DNA from: Mytilus californianus
Lineage: Eukaryota
DNA length: 64,000 nucleotides
Direction: 5' to 3'
Assembly (NCBI RefSeq): GCF_021869535.1
Contig: NW_026262734.1
Span: 101,308,001-101,372,000, forward strand
The notes under the pieces were generated by a model, which was given only the letters and a program-made list of their open reading frames with translations, was not told the DNA's origin and made no database searches. Positions 63,657-64,000 of the stretch are shown in pieces. Made by a program: the position numbers and the translations under genes. The stretch's first letter is position 1; each line of letters begins with the position of its first letter.

Positions 63657-64000
63657 TCTCAACTTAACCACGTAGGGGAGATAACTGATAATTTTAATTT
63701 ATACAGGAATTAATAGTAAATTTAAATTATTTTTTTTTTTGTAGAAAGAGAACAAATAGGATGACCCAAGTTTGTTCATTCTGAAAACACATTATAAATC
63801 TCTTCTTAAACTTACTTTTAGAATTCTTTTATTTAGTTTTCTTTCGGCTATTCACACAAAAGTGGGTTATCCGTGTACACTATATACATGATATACCTAA
63901 TCTACTAATTTTACACATCCATGTATCTTGAAGCTAATGTCTTTGACAAATATGTTTTATTATATTTTTGAAATTTACATAAAAAAATTGAAATTCTATC

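Overview
AT-rich animal genomic DNA with GT-AG introns and dense repeats. The repeat families look bivalve, most likely Mytilus (inference, no database search run). Most ORF-track entries are spurious; the real genes are split into small exons, which I rebuilt by hand from splice sites and reading phase. Genes: (1) a candidate uncharacterised + strand membrane protein with two hydrophobic exons (287-3738); (2) two tandem + strand paralogues, each a 495-nt farnesoic-acid-O-methyltransferase-like (Methyltransf_FA) exon plus a PAN/Apple exon (13358-14520, 22932-25067), each carrying one in-frame stop at a different Leu codon; (3) NUDT16, minus strand, 3 coding exons, 232 aa (31189-36759); (4) GLT1D1-like GT-B glycosyltransferase, minus strand, 10 phase-consistent exons (47723-61567), first coding exon not found. 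The rest is a nested transposon landscape: two CACTA/EnSpm-like elements (one with a spliced DUF4806-like relic), Helentron/HINE-like satellite carriers, TA/TAA/TTAA/8-bp-TSD MITEs, a 35-bp micro-element, a 158-bp palindrome, Penelope-like tails, a SINE and a decayed LINE. I found no CRISPR array, rRNA or tRNA gene, and no convincing new multi-gene system. The best leads are the twin nonsense-bearing FAMeT-PAN genes, the orphan membrane gene, the cargo-carrying transposons and a duplicated splice donor in GLT1D1.
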